NCBI GenBank assembly: GCA_903945195.1
Contig: CAJAUT010000013.1
Coordinates: 11,473 to 75,472 of the forward strand
DNA length: 64,000 nt
Origin: an uncultured bacterium
GTDB lineage: Bacteria; Patescibacteriota; Microgenomatia; UBA1400; UBA12108
Direction of reading: 5' to 3'
The notes under the pieces were generated by a model. It did not search any database. It was not told the DNA's origin and saw only the letters and a program-made list of their open reading frames with translations. Of this stretch, positions 1 through 10,093 are shown piece by piece; positions within the stretch are counted from its first letter, which is position 1, and each line of letters begins with the position of its first letter. A program made the translations under genes and the position numbers.

Positions 1-10
1 CTACCACTTC

Positions 11-52
11 ACCTGCCCGCAGTGCTTACAGCACAGCTGTTGCAGGCGGGTC
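11..52. repeat. 42-nt repeat, exact copy of 58399..58440 (flanking similarity extends to position 2)
   Basis: Direct comparison of the two stretches; a diverged third copy lies at 16887..16924. Confidence 0.8.
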
Positions 53-81
53 ATCCCGCAAAGTAAGTGTATTTTACCAGA

Positions 82-1212
82 TTAGAGGTTTTTGAGGTGA
101 GAGGTGAAGTAGGCCCAGATCGCACCTAGTCCTACCCAGGTGAAGGCTACAGAGGCTAGCCAGCCTAGTCCTGGAATCAACCTAAGTACATAGAATAGTG
201 TGATACCTATGAAAAAGACTAGGTAAATACTAGGCTTCGTAAGATTTGCCATGACAGAGATAAATCTACCAAAAGCATAAGCCGCGATGAGCTTGGCGAC
301 ATGCACATCGACCCAGAACACAAGTAGCAGCAGTCCAGCTAGAGGCAGTCCGATGATAGTGAATGACAAAGCAAGTAAGACTGGGACTATGGCTAAGACC
401 ATAAGAAGACCGATACCTAGTAGCTTGAGTGGATTTTGCTGAACTTTTTCCGTTAGATTTAACATGGTCTTTGGGAATAATTTGAGGAAGATAAATCCTA
501 TCAAAATCGAGCTCAAGAATGAGAAGATCATCCAGGCCTTGCTAAACATTCTTCCTGCCCTCCCAAAATCTTCTCTGGCTTTTGCCATATCTTTTTGGGC
601 TTGCTCTGGCTCGATGTATCTATTTACTGATCCAGAAACAGATGACGAGGGATCTGCTTGTAGCTCTGCCTCAGAATCACCAAGTGCATAGAGTAAATCG
701 CCTGCTACGAGGTTTTGTGGACCTAGTTCTATAGTGCCTGCACCAAGTCTAGCTTCCTTGCCTACTCTCCCATTTTGATAAATGGTACCTGAACCTACTA
801 GGACATTTCTACCAACTGAAGCTGAATTTTTGAAGTTGCCGGATCCTACCATAAGAGAACCTGCTACCATCGCATCTTTGTCTAGCATGACATTGCCTGA
901 ACCTACTACCAGCGAGCCGCCGATCTTGGCTCCAGTTACACTTAAGTCTCCTGTACCTACAAATAAACCACCTTTGATATCACCAGATACTCGCACAGTA
1001 CCGGCAGCTACAAAGACATCACCTGTGACTACGCCATCGATCTCTACGGTTTCACCAGCGATAAAGAGATCATCATTTATGGTTTCTTTTTCTGAGATTG
1101 TGATAGTCCCTTTTTCTTGCATGATCACTTTAGCGGAAGCTTGGGAGGCAAAAGTGAAAAGTGATAAGTAAAAAGTGAGGAGTGAAATTGCGAGTAGATT
1201 TATTTTTTTCAT
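82..1212 (-). CDS. bactofilin-like (polymer-forming beta-helix repeat) membrane protein with N-terminal signal peptide and C-terminal TM helices
   Basis: Repetitive G-x-V-x-G beta-helix-like repeats; N-terminal hydrophobic signal; about four C-terminal TM segments. Confidence 0.4.
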   Translation of the reverse strand: MKKINLLAISLLTFYLSLFTFASQASAKVIMQEKGTITISEKETINDDLFIAGETVEIDGVVTGDVFVAAGTVRVSGDIKGGLFVGTGDLSVTGAKIGGSLVVGSGNVMLDKDAMVAGSLMVGSGNFKNSASVGRNVLVGSGTIYQNGRVGKEARLGAGTIELGPQNLVAGDLLYALGDSEAELQADPSSSVSGSVNRYIEPEQAQKDMAKAREDFGRAGRMFSKAWMIFSFLSSILIGFIFLKLFPKTMLNLTEKVQQNPLKLLGIGLLMVLAIVPVLLALSFTIIGLPLAGLLLLVFWVDVHVAKLIAAYAFGRFISVMANLTKPSIYLVFFIGITLFYVLRLIPGLGWLASVAFTWVGLGAIWAYFTSHLKNL

Positions 1213-1565
1213 ACAAGCTCTTTGTATTCTTTTGGCTTGAGTTTGCGGGCTTCGATTTTTTTGAGAGTGCCTAGGATGCGCTCATGAAGATCTATGTTCT
1301 TGATACGAGCAATACGCAAGATAGTCACGACTAGATCGCCTAGCTCTTGTTCGTATGACTCATCTTGCTGGGCAGCTAGATTTAAGGGTTTACGCCCGTG
1401 CTCTGCTAGGTAAGCTCTAGCAATCTCTCCTACTTCTTCCGTAAGTGAAAGTAAAAGAATAGAGCCGTATTCGTTTGAATATCTCTTGCCCCGATCTATG
1501 CGAGAAAGATAATTAAAATACTCAGCAAACGGAGATTTAAAATGTGTGTGTTTTGTTTTTGGCAT
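1209..1565 (-). CDS. MazG-like nucleoside triphosphate pyrophosphohydrolase (start moved to internal Met MPKTKH)
   Basis: EEVGEIA and ELGDLV motifs typical of the MazG/NTP-PPase all-alpha fold; the 5' extension would overlap the upstream ORF. Confidence 0.55.
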   Translation of the reverse strand: MPKTKHTHFKSPFAEYFNYLSRIDRGKRYSNEYGSILLLSLTEEVGEIARAYLAEHGRKPLNLAAQQDESYEQELGDLVVTILRIARIKNIDLHERILGTLKKIEARKLKPKEYKELV

Positions 1566-1569
1566 ATTT

Positions 1570-2238
1570 TTAATATTTGATAGTATCTGGGACTGTAGCA
1601 TCTAGATGAAACTTGCCATCTTTAAAGTTGGCATCGCGGACTTGTGCTCCACCAATTTGACCGATGCGGCGATTGATCATGTCCCCTACGACCATGGATG
1701 CTGGTCCAGTAATAGAATTTGGGACATTTACACGACCAACTTTAAATGAGCTTGGATTGATAATTAATATATTATTTGTCATGCCACCAGTACCTTTGAC
1801 GTAAAATGGGAGGTCCCCTGAAACGTATTTGATATAGTCTTTACCTTTTGAAATGTCCGTATCGGAATAACCGAGATTTTTGGCTAGAGTAATAGCGGTA
1901 TCAATTTTAAGAAGTCCAGAAGCTTCGCCTGTGCCGTCGGCATTGAATCTGACCTGGACATTTTTTAGAGGAAAATTGGGATCGCGCTCCTCCCAAACTG
2001 CAAATACCGAAGTAATTTCCTCGCTGCTTAGGGTAGTATTTAAACTCACTTTGCCAGTGCCATTTTTTTCTTTGCCATACTTTTCCTCAAATGAATAAAC
2101 TAAATTTTTGTCGGCTTTAACTCCTAAATCTAGAGGTTTAGCTACATATTTAGAAAGACCTGGGACTACGCCAAGATATGCTAGTAGCCCAATAGGAATA
2201 ATAACTAGAATGAGTAAAAAGATAAATAATTTTTTCAT
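1570..2238 (-). CDS. hypothetical membrane-anchored protein
   Basis: N-terminal TM helix; no recognisable motif. Confidence 0.4.
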   Translation of the reverse strand: MKKLFIFLLILVIIPIGLLAYLGVVPGLSKYVAKPLDLGVKADKNLVYSFEEKYGKEKNGTGKVSLNTTLSSEEITSVFAVWEERDPNFPLKNVQVRFNADGTGEASGLLKIDTAITLAKNLGYSDTDISKGKDYIKYVSGDLPFYVKGTGGMTNNILIINPSSFKVGRVNVPNSITGPASMVVGDMINRRIGQIGGAQVRDANFKDGKFHLDATVPDTIKY

Positions 2239-2245
2239 AGCTAGA

Positions 2246-3013
2246 TTATCCTACTTTAAGCCTAGGAAAGAAAGCGGGGGTCTTTTTGACGTATGCGCGC
2301 CAGTCGGCACGACCTGCATACTTCTTTTCTAGCATCGGGATGCCTGAGACAAAGAGAAGTAAGAAATCTATCATAATGGGCCCAATAAAGACTAGGAGAT
2401 TGCCAGAAAGACCAAAGGCTATGAGAGCTACTCCCCACCACAAGGTGGCTTCACCAAAATAATTGGGATGGCGGGTGAGGCTCCAGAGACCTGTCGTCAT
2501 AAGTTTGCCCTTGCTAGACTTTTTCTTTTTAAAGACTGTGAGTTGGTAGTCCCCTACTGCCTCAAAGAAAAAGCCAGTGAGCCAAATAATAATGCCAGGA
2601 ATAAGTAGTAATGGAGAGATGGAAAGGCTACCTGTGAGACCTATGACAATTGGGAGCGAGACTATCTGCATAAGTACCCACTGCAATAGGTATACTTGGA
2701 TAAATGAGCGGATCACCCAGTGACGACCCCAGTTGGCCCTCATCTGCTGATATCTAAAATCCTCACCTTTGCCCCAGTTGCGTAAAGCGATGTGGACTCC
2801 CAGTCGTAGACCCCAGACAGTGACATAGCCGAGAATTAGATTTTTGGCTAGACTCGGCTCTGTGAAAGAATAGGCAACCCAAGCGATCGCGACAAAACCT
2901 AGTCCCCAGAGGATATCGATGATCCCGTTGTTGCGCAGTAGCACAGCTATGAGAAATGTGACAACAAACAAGATAAGGGAGCTATAAGCCGTGTAGAGGA
3001 AAATTGAGTACAT
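2246..3013 (-). CDS. DUF1295 / ICMT-like membrane protein (steroid 5-alpha reductase-like)
   Basis: Polytopic membrane protein with the RHPNYFGE signature; start taken at ATG 3013. Confidence 0.55.
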   Translation of the reverse strand: MYSIFLYTAYSSLILFVVTFLIAVLLRNNGIIDILWGLGFVAIAWVAYSFTEPSLAKNLILGYVTVWGLRLGVHIALRNWGKGEDFRYQQMRANWGRHWVIRSFIQVYLLQWVLMQIVSLPIVIGLTGSLSISPLLLIPGIIIWLTGFFFEAVGDYQLTVFKKKKSSKGKLMTTGLWSLTRHPNYFGEATLWWGVALIAFGLSGNLLVFIGPIMIDFLLLFVSGIPMLEKKYAGRADWRAYVKKTPAFFPRLKVG

Positions 3014-3035
3014 ATATCTATGGTAGCATATACGC

Positions 3036-3674
3036 ATGACAATTAGAAAATTGTACGAAAAATATCATGTCATGCCACAGCTTGTGACCCACATGCTTCG
3101 AGTTGGGGCGGTAGGAAAAATTATTGCAGACAACTGGGTGAGTGAGTGTGACATAAAATTTACAACTGATTTGTGTTTGATACATGATATGGGAAATATC
3201 GTGAAATTTGATTTGAGTCAAAAAGAGAATAATAAATTGTTTGGACCAATTGAAAATATAGAAAAATGGAGAGAGATACAAAAATCATACTGGGACAAAT
3301 ATGGCCATGATGCACATGATGCAACCGTGGGGATACTAAATGACGCAGGACTTGGTAGATTTGTTGAGTGCATTACTGAAGAAGAGAAACTTTACTTTGC
3401 AGAAGCTAGTGCGTCTGAACTAGATGAGACAAATGTAGCCACGATAATCATGCTTTATAGTGACTGTAAGGTCACCCCAGGTGGAGTAGTCAGTTATCGG
3501 GAAAGAATTGATGATCTTTCAAAACGCTATGGTGGTGGGAGAACTAAAACATGGTACGACTGGACATATAGATTTGAAAAATGGATGCAGAGTAAAACTA
3601 AAATCGATTTGCAGAGCATAAATGAAGCGATGGTCGAGCCTCTCTTTGACGAACTACTGGATTACCAGATATAA
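3036..3674 (+). CDS. HD-domain phosphohydrolase
   Basis: H...HD metal-binding motif (HMLRV...LIHD). Confidence 0.5.
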   Translation: MTIRKLYEKYHVMPQLVTHMLRVGAVGKIIADNWVSECDIKFTTDLCLIHDMGNIVKFDLSQKENNKLFGPIENIEKWREIQKSYWDKYGHDAHDATVGILNDAGLGRFVECITEEEKLYFAEASASELDETNVATIIMLYSDCKVTPGGVVSYRERIDDLSKRYGGGRTKTWYDWTYRFEKWMQSKTKIDLQSINEAMVEPLFDELLDYQI

Positions 3675-3681
3675 TCAGATA

Positions 3682-4017
3682 ATGATTGATTATAACGACT
3701 TTTCGAAAGTAGATATCCGTGTGGGGAAAATAATAAATGTCGAAGAATTTCCTGAAGCCCAAAAGCCTGCTTACAAGCTGACCATCGATTTTGGGGAAGT
3801 GATAGGCATTAAAAAATCTAGTGCCCAGGTGAAAAAATACTACACCAAAGAGACGCTCATGAACAAAATAGTACTTGGTGTTGTAAACTTCCCGCCCAAA
3901 CAGATTGGTCCATTTATGTCGGAGTGTCTCACACTTGGAGCTCCTGACGAAGATGGGCAGTGTGTACTGATCTCACCAAACAATGAGAAAGCAGTAATAG
4001 GTGGAAAATTATTTTAA
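3682..4017 (+). CDS. tRNA-binding domain protein (CsaA/Trbp111-like OB fold)
   Basis: DFSKVDIRVGKI...VVNFPPKQIG...GAPDEDG pattern of EMAP/CsaA tRNA-binding domains; start at internal Met after the upstream stop. Confidence 0.6.
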   Translation: MIDYNDFSKVDIRVGKIINVEEFPEAQKPAYKLTIDFGEVIGIKKSSAQVKKYYTKETLMNKIVLGVVNFPPKQIGPFMSECLTLGAPDEDGQCVLISPNNEKAVIGGKLF

Positions 4018-4036
4018 TTTATAAATAGGAGAATTT

Positions 4037-5284
4037 ATGAAATACTCGAAAATGTTTGTCAAAACTTTAAAAACTGCACCCTCAGCCGCAGACACTGCCA
4101 ACCATAGGCTACTAGTACAGGCCGGGTTTGTACGCCAAGTCATGGCCGGAGTATATAGCTATCTACCACTAGGTCTTAGAGTACTTAATAAAATCTCAAA
4201 CATAGTCCGAGAAGAAATGGATACAATTGAGGCGCAAGAAGTGCTTATGCCGATCTTGCACCCAAGTGCACTCTGGAAACAAACTGGTGGATGGGACAAG
4301 ATCGATGTACTATTTAAAGTGAAAAGTAGAACTGATAGAGAGTACGCTCTAGCCCAAAGCAACGAAGAGACGGTCACTCCGCTTGCCAAAGAATGGATCC
4401 ACTCTGCCAAAGACTTGCCACTGGCGATCTACCATATCAACTGGAAATTCCGCGATGAACTAAGATCAAAATCAGGGATCATGCGCGGTCGCGAGTTTCT
4501 TATGAAAGATATGTATAGCTTCCATGCTACCCAGGAAGATTTTGACAAGTTTTACGCTAAAGCCAAGGTCGCCTACATGAATGTATATAAAAGGCTGGGA
4601 CTAGTAGCTAAAGCGACAGAGGCGTCTGGTGGTGCATTTACCGAAAAAGTATCTTATGAATTTGAGGTGCTAACTGATGCAGGTGAAGCTCCAGTACTAT
4701 ACTGTGACAAATGTGATTACTGTGTAAACGTGGATGATATCAAAACCTACAAGCTAGGGGACGAGTGTCCGATATGTCACAAAGATAACCTAAAATCTGC
4801 GATGGCTAGTGAGGTGGGAAATGTCTTTGACCTAGGGACAAAATATAGCAAAGCTTTTGAACTATCTATAAACGATAGTGAAGGAAATAAAATATTTCCT
4901 ATCATGGGCTGCTATGGTATAGGTATCTCTCGCACCATGGGGGTGATAGTCGAAAAGTTTAATGATGAGCGAGGCATAGTATGGCCAGCTAGCATTGCTC
5001 CTTTTACTGTGCATTTGTGTAGTTTAAATACCAATGATGAAACAGTAATTAAAAAAACTGATGCGATATACGAGTCGCTGACAAAAGCAGGTATTGAAGT
5101 GCTTTATGATGAGCGAACAGATGTGGGTGCCGGACAAAAACTAGGTGAGGCTGATATGATTGGCTGCCCTATCAGAGCTGTCGTTTCTACCAAGACAGGG
5201 GACCAAATAGAGGTGAAGATGAGAAGTGAGAAAGAAGCAAAAATGATGAGTCTTGAAGAACTAATTAATACCTGCAAGGTGTAA
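4037..5284 (+). CDS. proS: prolyl-tRNA synthetase, bacterial-type without editing (INS) domain, with an inserted Cys4 ribbon
   Basis: Strong N-terminal similarity to ProRS (class II motifs FRDE..., REFLMKDMYSFH, GCYGIGISR); CDKCDYC...CPICH insertion. Confidence 0.8.
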   Translation: MKYSKMFVKTLKTAPSAADTANHRLLVQAGFVRQVMAGVYSYLPLGLRVLNKISNIVREEMDTIEAQEVLMPILHPSALWKQTGGWDKIDVLFKVKSRTDREYALAQSNEETVTPLAKEWIHSAKDLPLAIYHINWKFRDELRSKSGIMRGREFLMKDMYSFHATQEDFDKFYAKAKVAYMNVYKRLGLVAKATEASGGAFTEKVSYEFEVLTDAGEAPVLYCDKCDYCVNVDDIKTYKLGDECPICHKDNLKSAMASEVGNVFDLGTKYSKAFELSINDSEGNKIFPIMGCYGIGISRTMGVIVEKFNDERGIVWPASIAPFTVHLCSLNTNDETVIKKTDAIYESLTKAGIEVLYDERTDVGAGQKLGEADMIGCPIRAVVSTKTGDQIEVKMRSEKEAKMMSLEELINTCKV

Positions 5285-5324
5285 CCTTGTAGGTTATCCG
5301 CTAGACCTACGAGGTTACACCTTG
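5275..5324. terminator. long near-perfect hairpin (about 20 bp stem) between convergent proS and gltX; candidate bidirectional terminator / REP-like palindrome
   Basis: caaggtgtaacc ttgtaggt ...loop... acctacga ggttacaccttg inverted repeat spanning both stop codons. Confidence 0.5.
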
Positions 5325-6709
5325 AGGGTCAAGCGAGCAAGCACTTTTTCGCGGCCGAGGATAACCATGGATTCACTCAGTGGTGGGGAGATTTTTTTGC
5401 CGGTTACTGCAAGTCTTAGTGCAGCAAAAAAAGGACCATTCTTCCAACCATGATCTTTGACGGCTGGGATAAGAGATCCTTCGATACCCTCTTTGGACCA
5501 TGCGCAGGAAGCAAGCAATTCTTTAGCAACTGAAAGATATTCTTTATCATCTGCAGTCATCTCAACAGCGGATGGTTCTAAATAAAAGAAACTTGCAAGA
5601 TCATCAAAATCTTTGAGAGTTACGAGACGCTCTTTGACGAGAGGGACAATACTCGCAAGTAATTCGCCGCTGCAAGCTGAAGGTACAAATCCTGCAGAAA
5701 GTCTCTCAGCTAACTCAACGTCTGTGAGTGAACGGATATAGCTACCATTGATCCAATTAAGTTTTTCGATATCATAAACCGGAGCTGTCAAAGTGATACG
5801 ATCTAGTGTAAATATTTTTAGAAATTCATCTAAACTGAAAATATCTTTTTTCTCAGGGTGAGACCAACCCATGAGCGCTAAGAAATTGTTAATAGCTTCT
5901 GGCAAGTAGCCGCGATCACGATGGGACAGAATTGAGACATCATTTTTGCGCTTACTCATTTTGCTATGATCTTTGTTTCTGATGACTGGGAGGTGAGCAA
6001 AGATGGGAAGCTCCCAACCAAAAGCCTCATAGATAAGCACATGTTTAGGCGAACTAGATAACCATTCTTCCCCACGAATAATGTGAGTAATCTTCATGAG
6101 ATGATCGTCGACCACTACCCCTAAATGGTAGGTAGGATAACCATCGGATTTTAGTAGCACCTGGTCATCAATACCTGAGTTTTGGAATTCTACAGGACCT
6201 CTGACGACGTCCTGACAAATGGTCACTCCTGTTTCTGGCACCGCTAGTCTGATGACGTGGGGCGCTTTTGAATCTAGTTGTTTTTGTATATCTTCGTCGG
6301 TTAGATGTCGACAGTGTCTGTCGTAGCGAGGCAACTCTTTTTTGGCTAGAGCAGCCGATCTAACTTGCTCTAGTCTCTCTTTGGTACAAAAACAATAATA
6401 GGCTTTTTTGTTTGCAATCAGCTGCTGTACGTACTCTTTATAGATAGGCAATCTTTCTGACTGAGTATATGGGGCGTAGGGACCACTGATATCTGGTGCC
6501 TCGTCATATGGATATCCTAACCATTTCATGGCTTCAAAAATGATATCGACAGCCCCTTCTACATAGCGCTCACGATCGGTATCTTCGATGCGGATGACAA
6601 ACTGACCACCATTTTGTCTGGCAATAGCCAAGTTGCGCATGGCGATGTAGGCCGTGCCCAAGTGAGCGATGCCGGTAGGTGAAGGTGCAATGCGTGTACG
6701 TACTGTCAT
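5315..6709 (-). CDS. gltX: glutamyl-tRNA synthetase
   Basis: PSPTG-x-H-x-G (HIGH-like) and KMSKR class I motifs; GluRS-like length. Confidence 0.8.
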   Translation of the reverse strand: MTVRTRIAPSPTGIAHLGTAYIAMRNLAIARQNGGQFVIRIEDTDRERYVEGAVDIIFEAMKWLGYPYDEAPDISGPYAPYTQSERLPIYKEYVQQLIANKKAYYCFCTKERLEQVRSAALAKKELPRYDRHCRHLTDEDIQKQLDSKAPHVIRLAVPETGVTICQDVVRGPVEFQNSGIDDQVLLKSDGYPTYHLGVVVDDHLMKITHIIRGEEWLSSSPKHVLIYEAFGWELPIFAHLPVIRNKDHSKMSKRKNDVSILSHRDRGYLPEAINNFLALMGWSHPEKKDIFSLDEFLKIFTLDRITLTAPVYDIEKLNWINGSYIRSLTDVELAERLSAGFVPSACSGELLASIVPLVKERLVTLKDFDDLASFFYLEPSAVEMTADDKEYLSVAKELLASCAWSKEGIEGSLIPAVKDHGWKNGPFFAALRLAVTGKKISPPLSESMVILGREKVLARLTLKV

Positions 6710-6732
6710 GGGAAGTATTATATACTAGCTAT

Positions 6733-7782
6733 ATGGCAAATCTCGGCGAAACAGCGATAGTGGCAAGAAAAGCTATCAAATATGGCGGAATAGGACTAGT
6801 GGTACTGATGATTGGGCGTATCATCCTGACAGCTTCGATCAATTACTACAAAATGTTAAACCCTGCACCACCACCACCACCTGATGTACTGTTTGGCAAG
6901 ATTCCAAAAATAGTATTCCCCCAAGCAGAAGCTCAGACATTTAACTACAAGTTAGAGACGCCAACTGGTGGACTGCCCACCAAACTACCTGGCCAGTTTA
7001 AAGTCTTTTTTATGCCGATCAAAAAAGCTAGTTTGTTAGCCTATGATGCTGCTCAGTCGGTGGCTACGAGATTGGACTTTATCCTGCCTGCAAAAAAATT
7101 GTCTGAGACAGAATATAGATGGGATGCCACCGATCCACTATCTGCCTCACTTACCATAAATATCATTACCGGAGCTTTTACACTTGATAAAAGATGGCAA
7201 GAAGACCCAAGCTACACTACTCCCACTATCTACTACAATGATGAGCAAGCAAAAGAAAGAGTCTATAGTCTCCTGTCCCGCGTAGAGCTACTACCACAAG
7301 ATATCAAAGAAGGTACAGCCACTGTACTACCACTTAAAGCAGATAAGGATCAGATAGTATCTGCTGCAGCGCTCGCTCAGGCTCATTTTTTGCAGGTAAA
7401 TTTATATAGAGCGCCTGTGGATAATGTAGAAGTCGTAAATCCCAGCTCTAAACAAGGATTAATCACTGCGATCATAGCTTTGCAGCGTGAGGATAAGAGA
7501 CAGTTTATCAATCTCAAATACAATTACTTTCCAGTGGATCTGACCAGGTCTGCGGTATATCCACTAATTGGTGTGGCTGAGGCATGGGCTCGACTACAAG
7601 CGGGACAGGCATTTATAGCCGGGGTCAAACAAAATACTACCAATGTGACGATAAATGATATAACTCTTAGATATTATGATCCAGATACTGCCCAACAATT
7701 CCTCCAGCCAGTTTATGAATTTACCGGATCACCTGATTTTGTAGCGTATGTACCGGCAGTAAGTGATGCGTGGACGGAGTAA
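6733..7782 (+). CDS. hypothetical membrane-anchored protein with poly-Pro linker
   Basis: N-terminal TM helix followed by PPPPP; no motif. Start moved to ATG 6733 to avoid overlap with gltX. Confidence 0.4.
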   Translation: MANLGETAIVARKAIKYGGIGLVVLMIGRIILTASINYYKMLNPAPPPPPDVLFGKIPKIVFPQAEAQTFNYKLETPTGGLPTKLPGQFKVFFMPIKKASLLAYDAAQSVATRLDFILPAKKLSETEYRWDATDPLSASLTINIITGAFTLDKRWQEDPSYTTPTIYYNDEQAKERVYSLLSRVELLPQDIKEGTATVLPLKADKDQIVSAAALAQAHFLQVNLYRAPVDNVEVVNPSSKQGLITAIIALQREDKRQFINLKYNYFPVDLTRSAVYPLIGVAEAWARLQAGQAFIAGVKQNTTNVTINDITLRYYDPDTAQQFLQPVYEFTGSPDFVAYVPAVSDAWTE

Positions 7783-7824
7783 GTACTCCTGTTTTCCAGT
7801 ACTCCAGTATTCAGGTATAGATAT

Positions 7825-9114
7825 TTATGGGCGAAGACGTTTGACGTCGCGAGGTAGGTAAGTCGCTTCTTTGACACTATCTAGCCCCATGATTTTCATG
7901 ACTAGTCTGCCTGGCCCCATACCAATACCACCATGTGGAGGACAACCATAGCGGAAGAAGTTGAGATAATCTTTGATAGATTCTAGATCCACTCCCTTTT
8001 CTAGCGCTTGCTTCTCTAGGATCTCTATCCTATGTTCGCGCTGGGCGCCCGTTGTGATCTCGAGACCTTTGTATAGTAGGTCAAAACCTTTGGTGAGTGT
8101 TTGATCATCTTCGTGTCGCATGTGGTAGAAAGCGCGGCCAACTGGAGGATAGTCGATGACAAAGATAAAGTCGGAACCCGTTTCTTCTTTGACTATTTTG
8201 GCTAGTTCACGTTCTTCTTCTGGTGACATATCGTGCGCTTTTTCGCTAGCGATACCTGCTTTGGCTAATCTAGCTTTGACATCTTTGAAAGTCCATCTAG
8301 GGAAAGGGGTGGTTGGGATCTCTAGCTCAGGCATTACTAGCTTGGCTTCAGTAAATGCAGCAACGAGGAGAGCTTCTTCCATATCCATAACATCATGATG
8401 AGAATCGATGTAAGAGATCTCAACATCCCAACCAGTAAACTCGGTCATGTGACGAGTAGTAAATGATTCTTCGGCACGAAAAACTGGACCGACCATAAAG
8501 ATTTTTTCCATACCACTGGCCATAGCCATTTGTTTGTAAAACTGTGGTGACTGAGCAAGAAAAGCTTTGCGATCAAAATATTTAACTTCAAAAAACTCAG
8601 CCCCGCCTTCGCTAGCTGTACTCATCATGTTTGGGGAATAAAGCTGAGTGAAACCATTTGAGAGAAAATACTTGCGCATCCCAGACTCTAATGCAGTCCA
8701 AACTTTAAATATTTTATGCTTATCATTTAAACGTAGATCTAACCAGCGCCAATCAAAACGATTGGTGATATCGACGTCTTCTGAACCTTTTTCGATGGCT
8801 ACGGGAATGGGGAGCTGGGCAGAAGCAAGAGAAAGTATAGTGATTTTGTCTGCGTCTATTTCAAAACCTTCTGGAACTTGTTTACTTTCTTTAAGCAGCC
8901 CTTCTACTTCTAAAACAGATTCAATAGTGACTGATTTTAAAGACTCAAAGACTTCTTTTTTCCAGGTACCTGTGACTATTTGAACTGAACCAGAATTGTC
9001 GCGGAGTCGTAAAAAGGCAATTTTACCTTGGTCGCGAAGTGCATGGACGAACCCAGCCACTTTGACGGTTGTACCAATAACGGAGCTTAGATCACTGATT
9101 TTTGTTCTTTTCAT
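7825..9114 (-). CDS. aspS: aspartyl-tRNA synthetase (archaeal/short type)
   Basis: Class II motifs (FRAEES, GGIGMGPGRL) and QSPQ Asp-recognition motif. Confidence 0.7.
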   Translation of the reverse strand: MKRTKISDLSSVIGTTVKVAGFVHALRDQGKIAFLRLRDNSGSVQIVTGTWKKEVFESLKSVTIESVLEVEGLLKESKQVPEGFEIDADKITILSLASAQLPIPVAIEKGSEDVDITNRFDWRWLDLRLNDKHKIFKVWTALESGMRKYFLSNGFTQLYSPNMMSTASEGGAEFFEVKYFDRKAFLAQSPQFYKQMAMASGMEKIFMVGPVFRAEESFTTRHMTEFTGWDVEISYIDSHHDVMDMEEALLVAAFTEAKLVMPELEIPTTPFPRWTFKDVKARLAKAGIASEKAHDMSPEEERELAKIVKEETGSDFIFVIDYPPVGRAFYHMRHEDDQTLTKGFDLLYKGLEITTGAQREHRIEILEKQALEKGVDLESIKDYLNFFRYGCPPHGGIGMGPGRLVMKIMGLDSVKEATYLPRDVKRLRP

Positions 9115-9130
9115 ATGAAGTCATTATAGC

Positions 9131-10093
9131 CTAGAGATCTACTGCAATCCAGTTGTGGTGAGCATAGACCCAGTCTACAAGTATTCTTGTATCGCCGAAG
9201 CGACTAAGAGAGCCAAGCACTACGATAATGATGCGCTTGCCGTCTCTATCTATATAACTCACTAGACACTCCCCTGCCCCACTGGTCCAACCAGTCTTTA
9301 GACCTTTAAGACCTGGCACTACACCTAGGAGTTCATTGGTATTTTCTAGATCATGGACGATGAGACCTGTGACGTCTGTCACGACAATACGTCTAATCTC
9401 CACTATCCGAGCGATCTCTGGATTTTTTAAGGCATATGAAGCCAAGACTGCGATATCGCGAGCAGTTGTCATATGACCATACTGCTCGACACCGGATGGG
9501 TTTTTGAAAGTGGTGTGATCCAAATGTTGGTCACGAGCTTTTTGGTTCATGGCAGCTACAAAAGCATCATAGCCACCATTGTAATTTTCAGCTACTGCTA
9601 GAGCTGCATCATTGCCTGAATGGACTAGGAGGCCATACAAAATATTTTGGATCGTGATCTTCTCACCTTTGACCAAATCTATGGTTTGACCGATGGCGCG
9701 ATCTTCGTTTTTGACTTCGATTACAGTGTTTAGATCATGATAGTAGTCTAGGGCGACAAGAGCCGTCATAACTTTGGTGATAGAAGCTGGCATCATAAGC
9801 AAGTCTGGATTTTTGCTGTACAAAATGCTTTTACCTTCGTCGTCTTGAATGATCGCGGATTTGGCGGAGATATAAGGAGCTTTGACACCGTCAGAAAGTG
9901 GATAAATAAAAGAGTTGATCTGGGGGAGTGTGTATGCATATACTTTACCTGGATTTAATAGAGTCGTCTGTAAGTCATTTTGTCCAGGATAGAGGAAAGC
10001 GAAAAGAAATATAGAGCAAGTAAGAATTTGGCGAGAAAGATCTAGCTTTATAAATCTCGACAAAAATAATTTAAGTGATTTAAATTTCCACAT
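9131..10093 (-). CDS. D-alanyl-D-alanine carboxypeptidase (PBP5-like serine peptidase)
   Basis: SITK (SxxK), SGN and KTG active-site motifs. Confidence 0.7.
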   Translation of the reverse strand: MWKFKSLKLFLSRFIKLDLSRQILTCSIFLFAFLYPGQNDLQTTLLNPGKVYAYTLPQINSFIYPLSDGVKAPYISAKSAIIQDDEGKSILYSKNPDLLMMPASITKVMTALVALDYYHDLNTVIEVKNEDRAIGQTIDLVKGEKITIQNILYGLLVHSGNDAALAVAENYNGGYDAFVAAMNQKARDQHLDHTTFKNPSGVEQYGHMTTARDIAVLASYALKNPEIARIVEIRRIVVTDVTGLIVHDLENTNELLGVVPGLKGLKTGWTSGAGECLVSYIDRDGKRIIIVVLGSLSRFGDTRILVDWVYAHHNWIAVDL

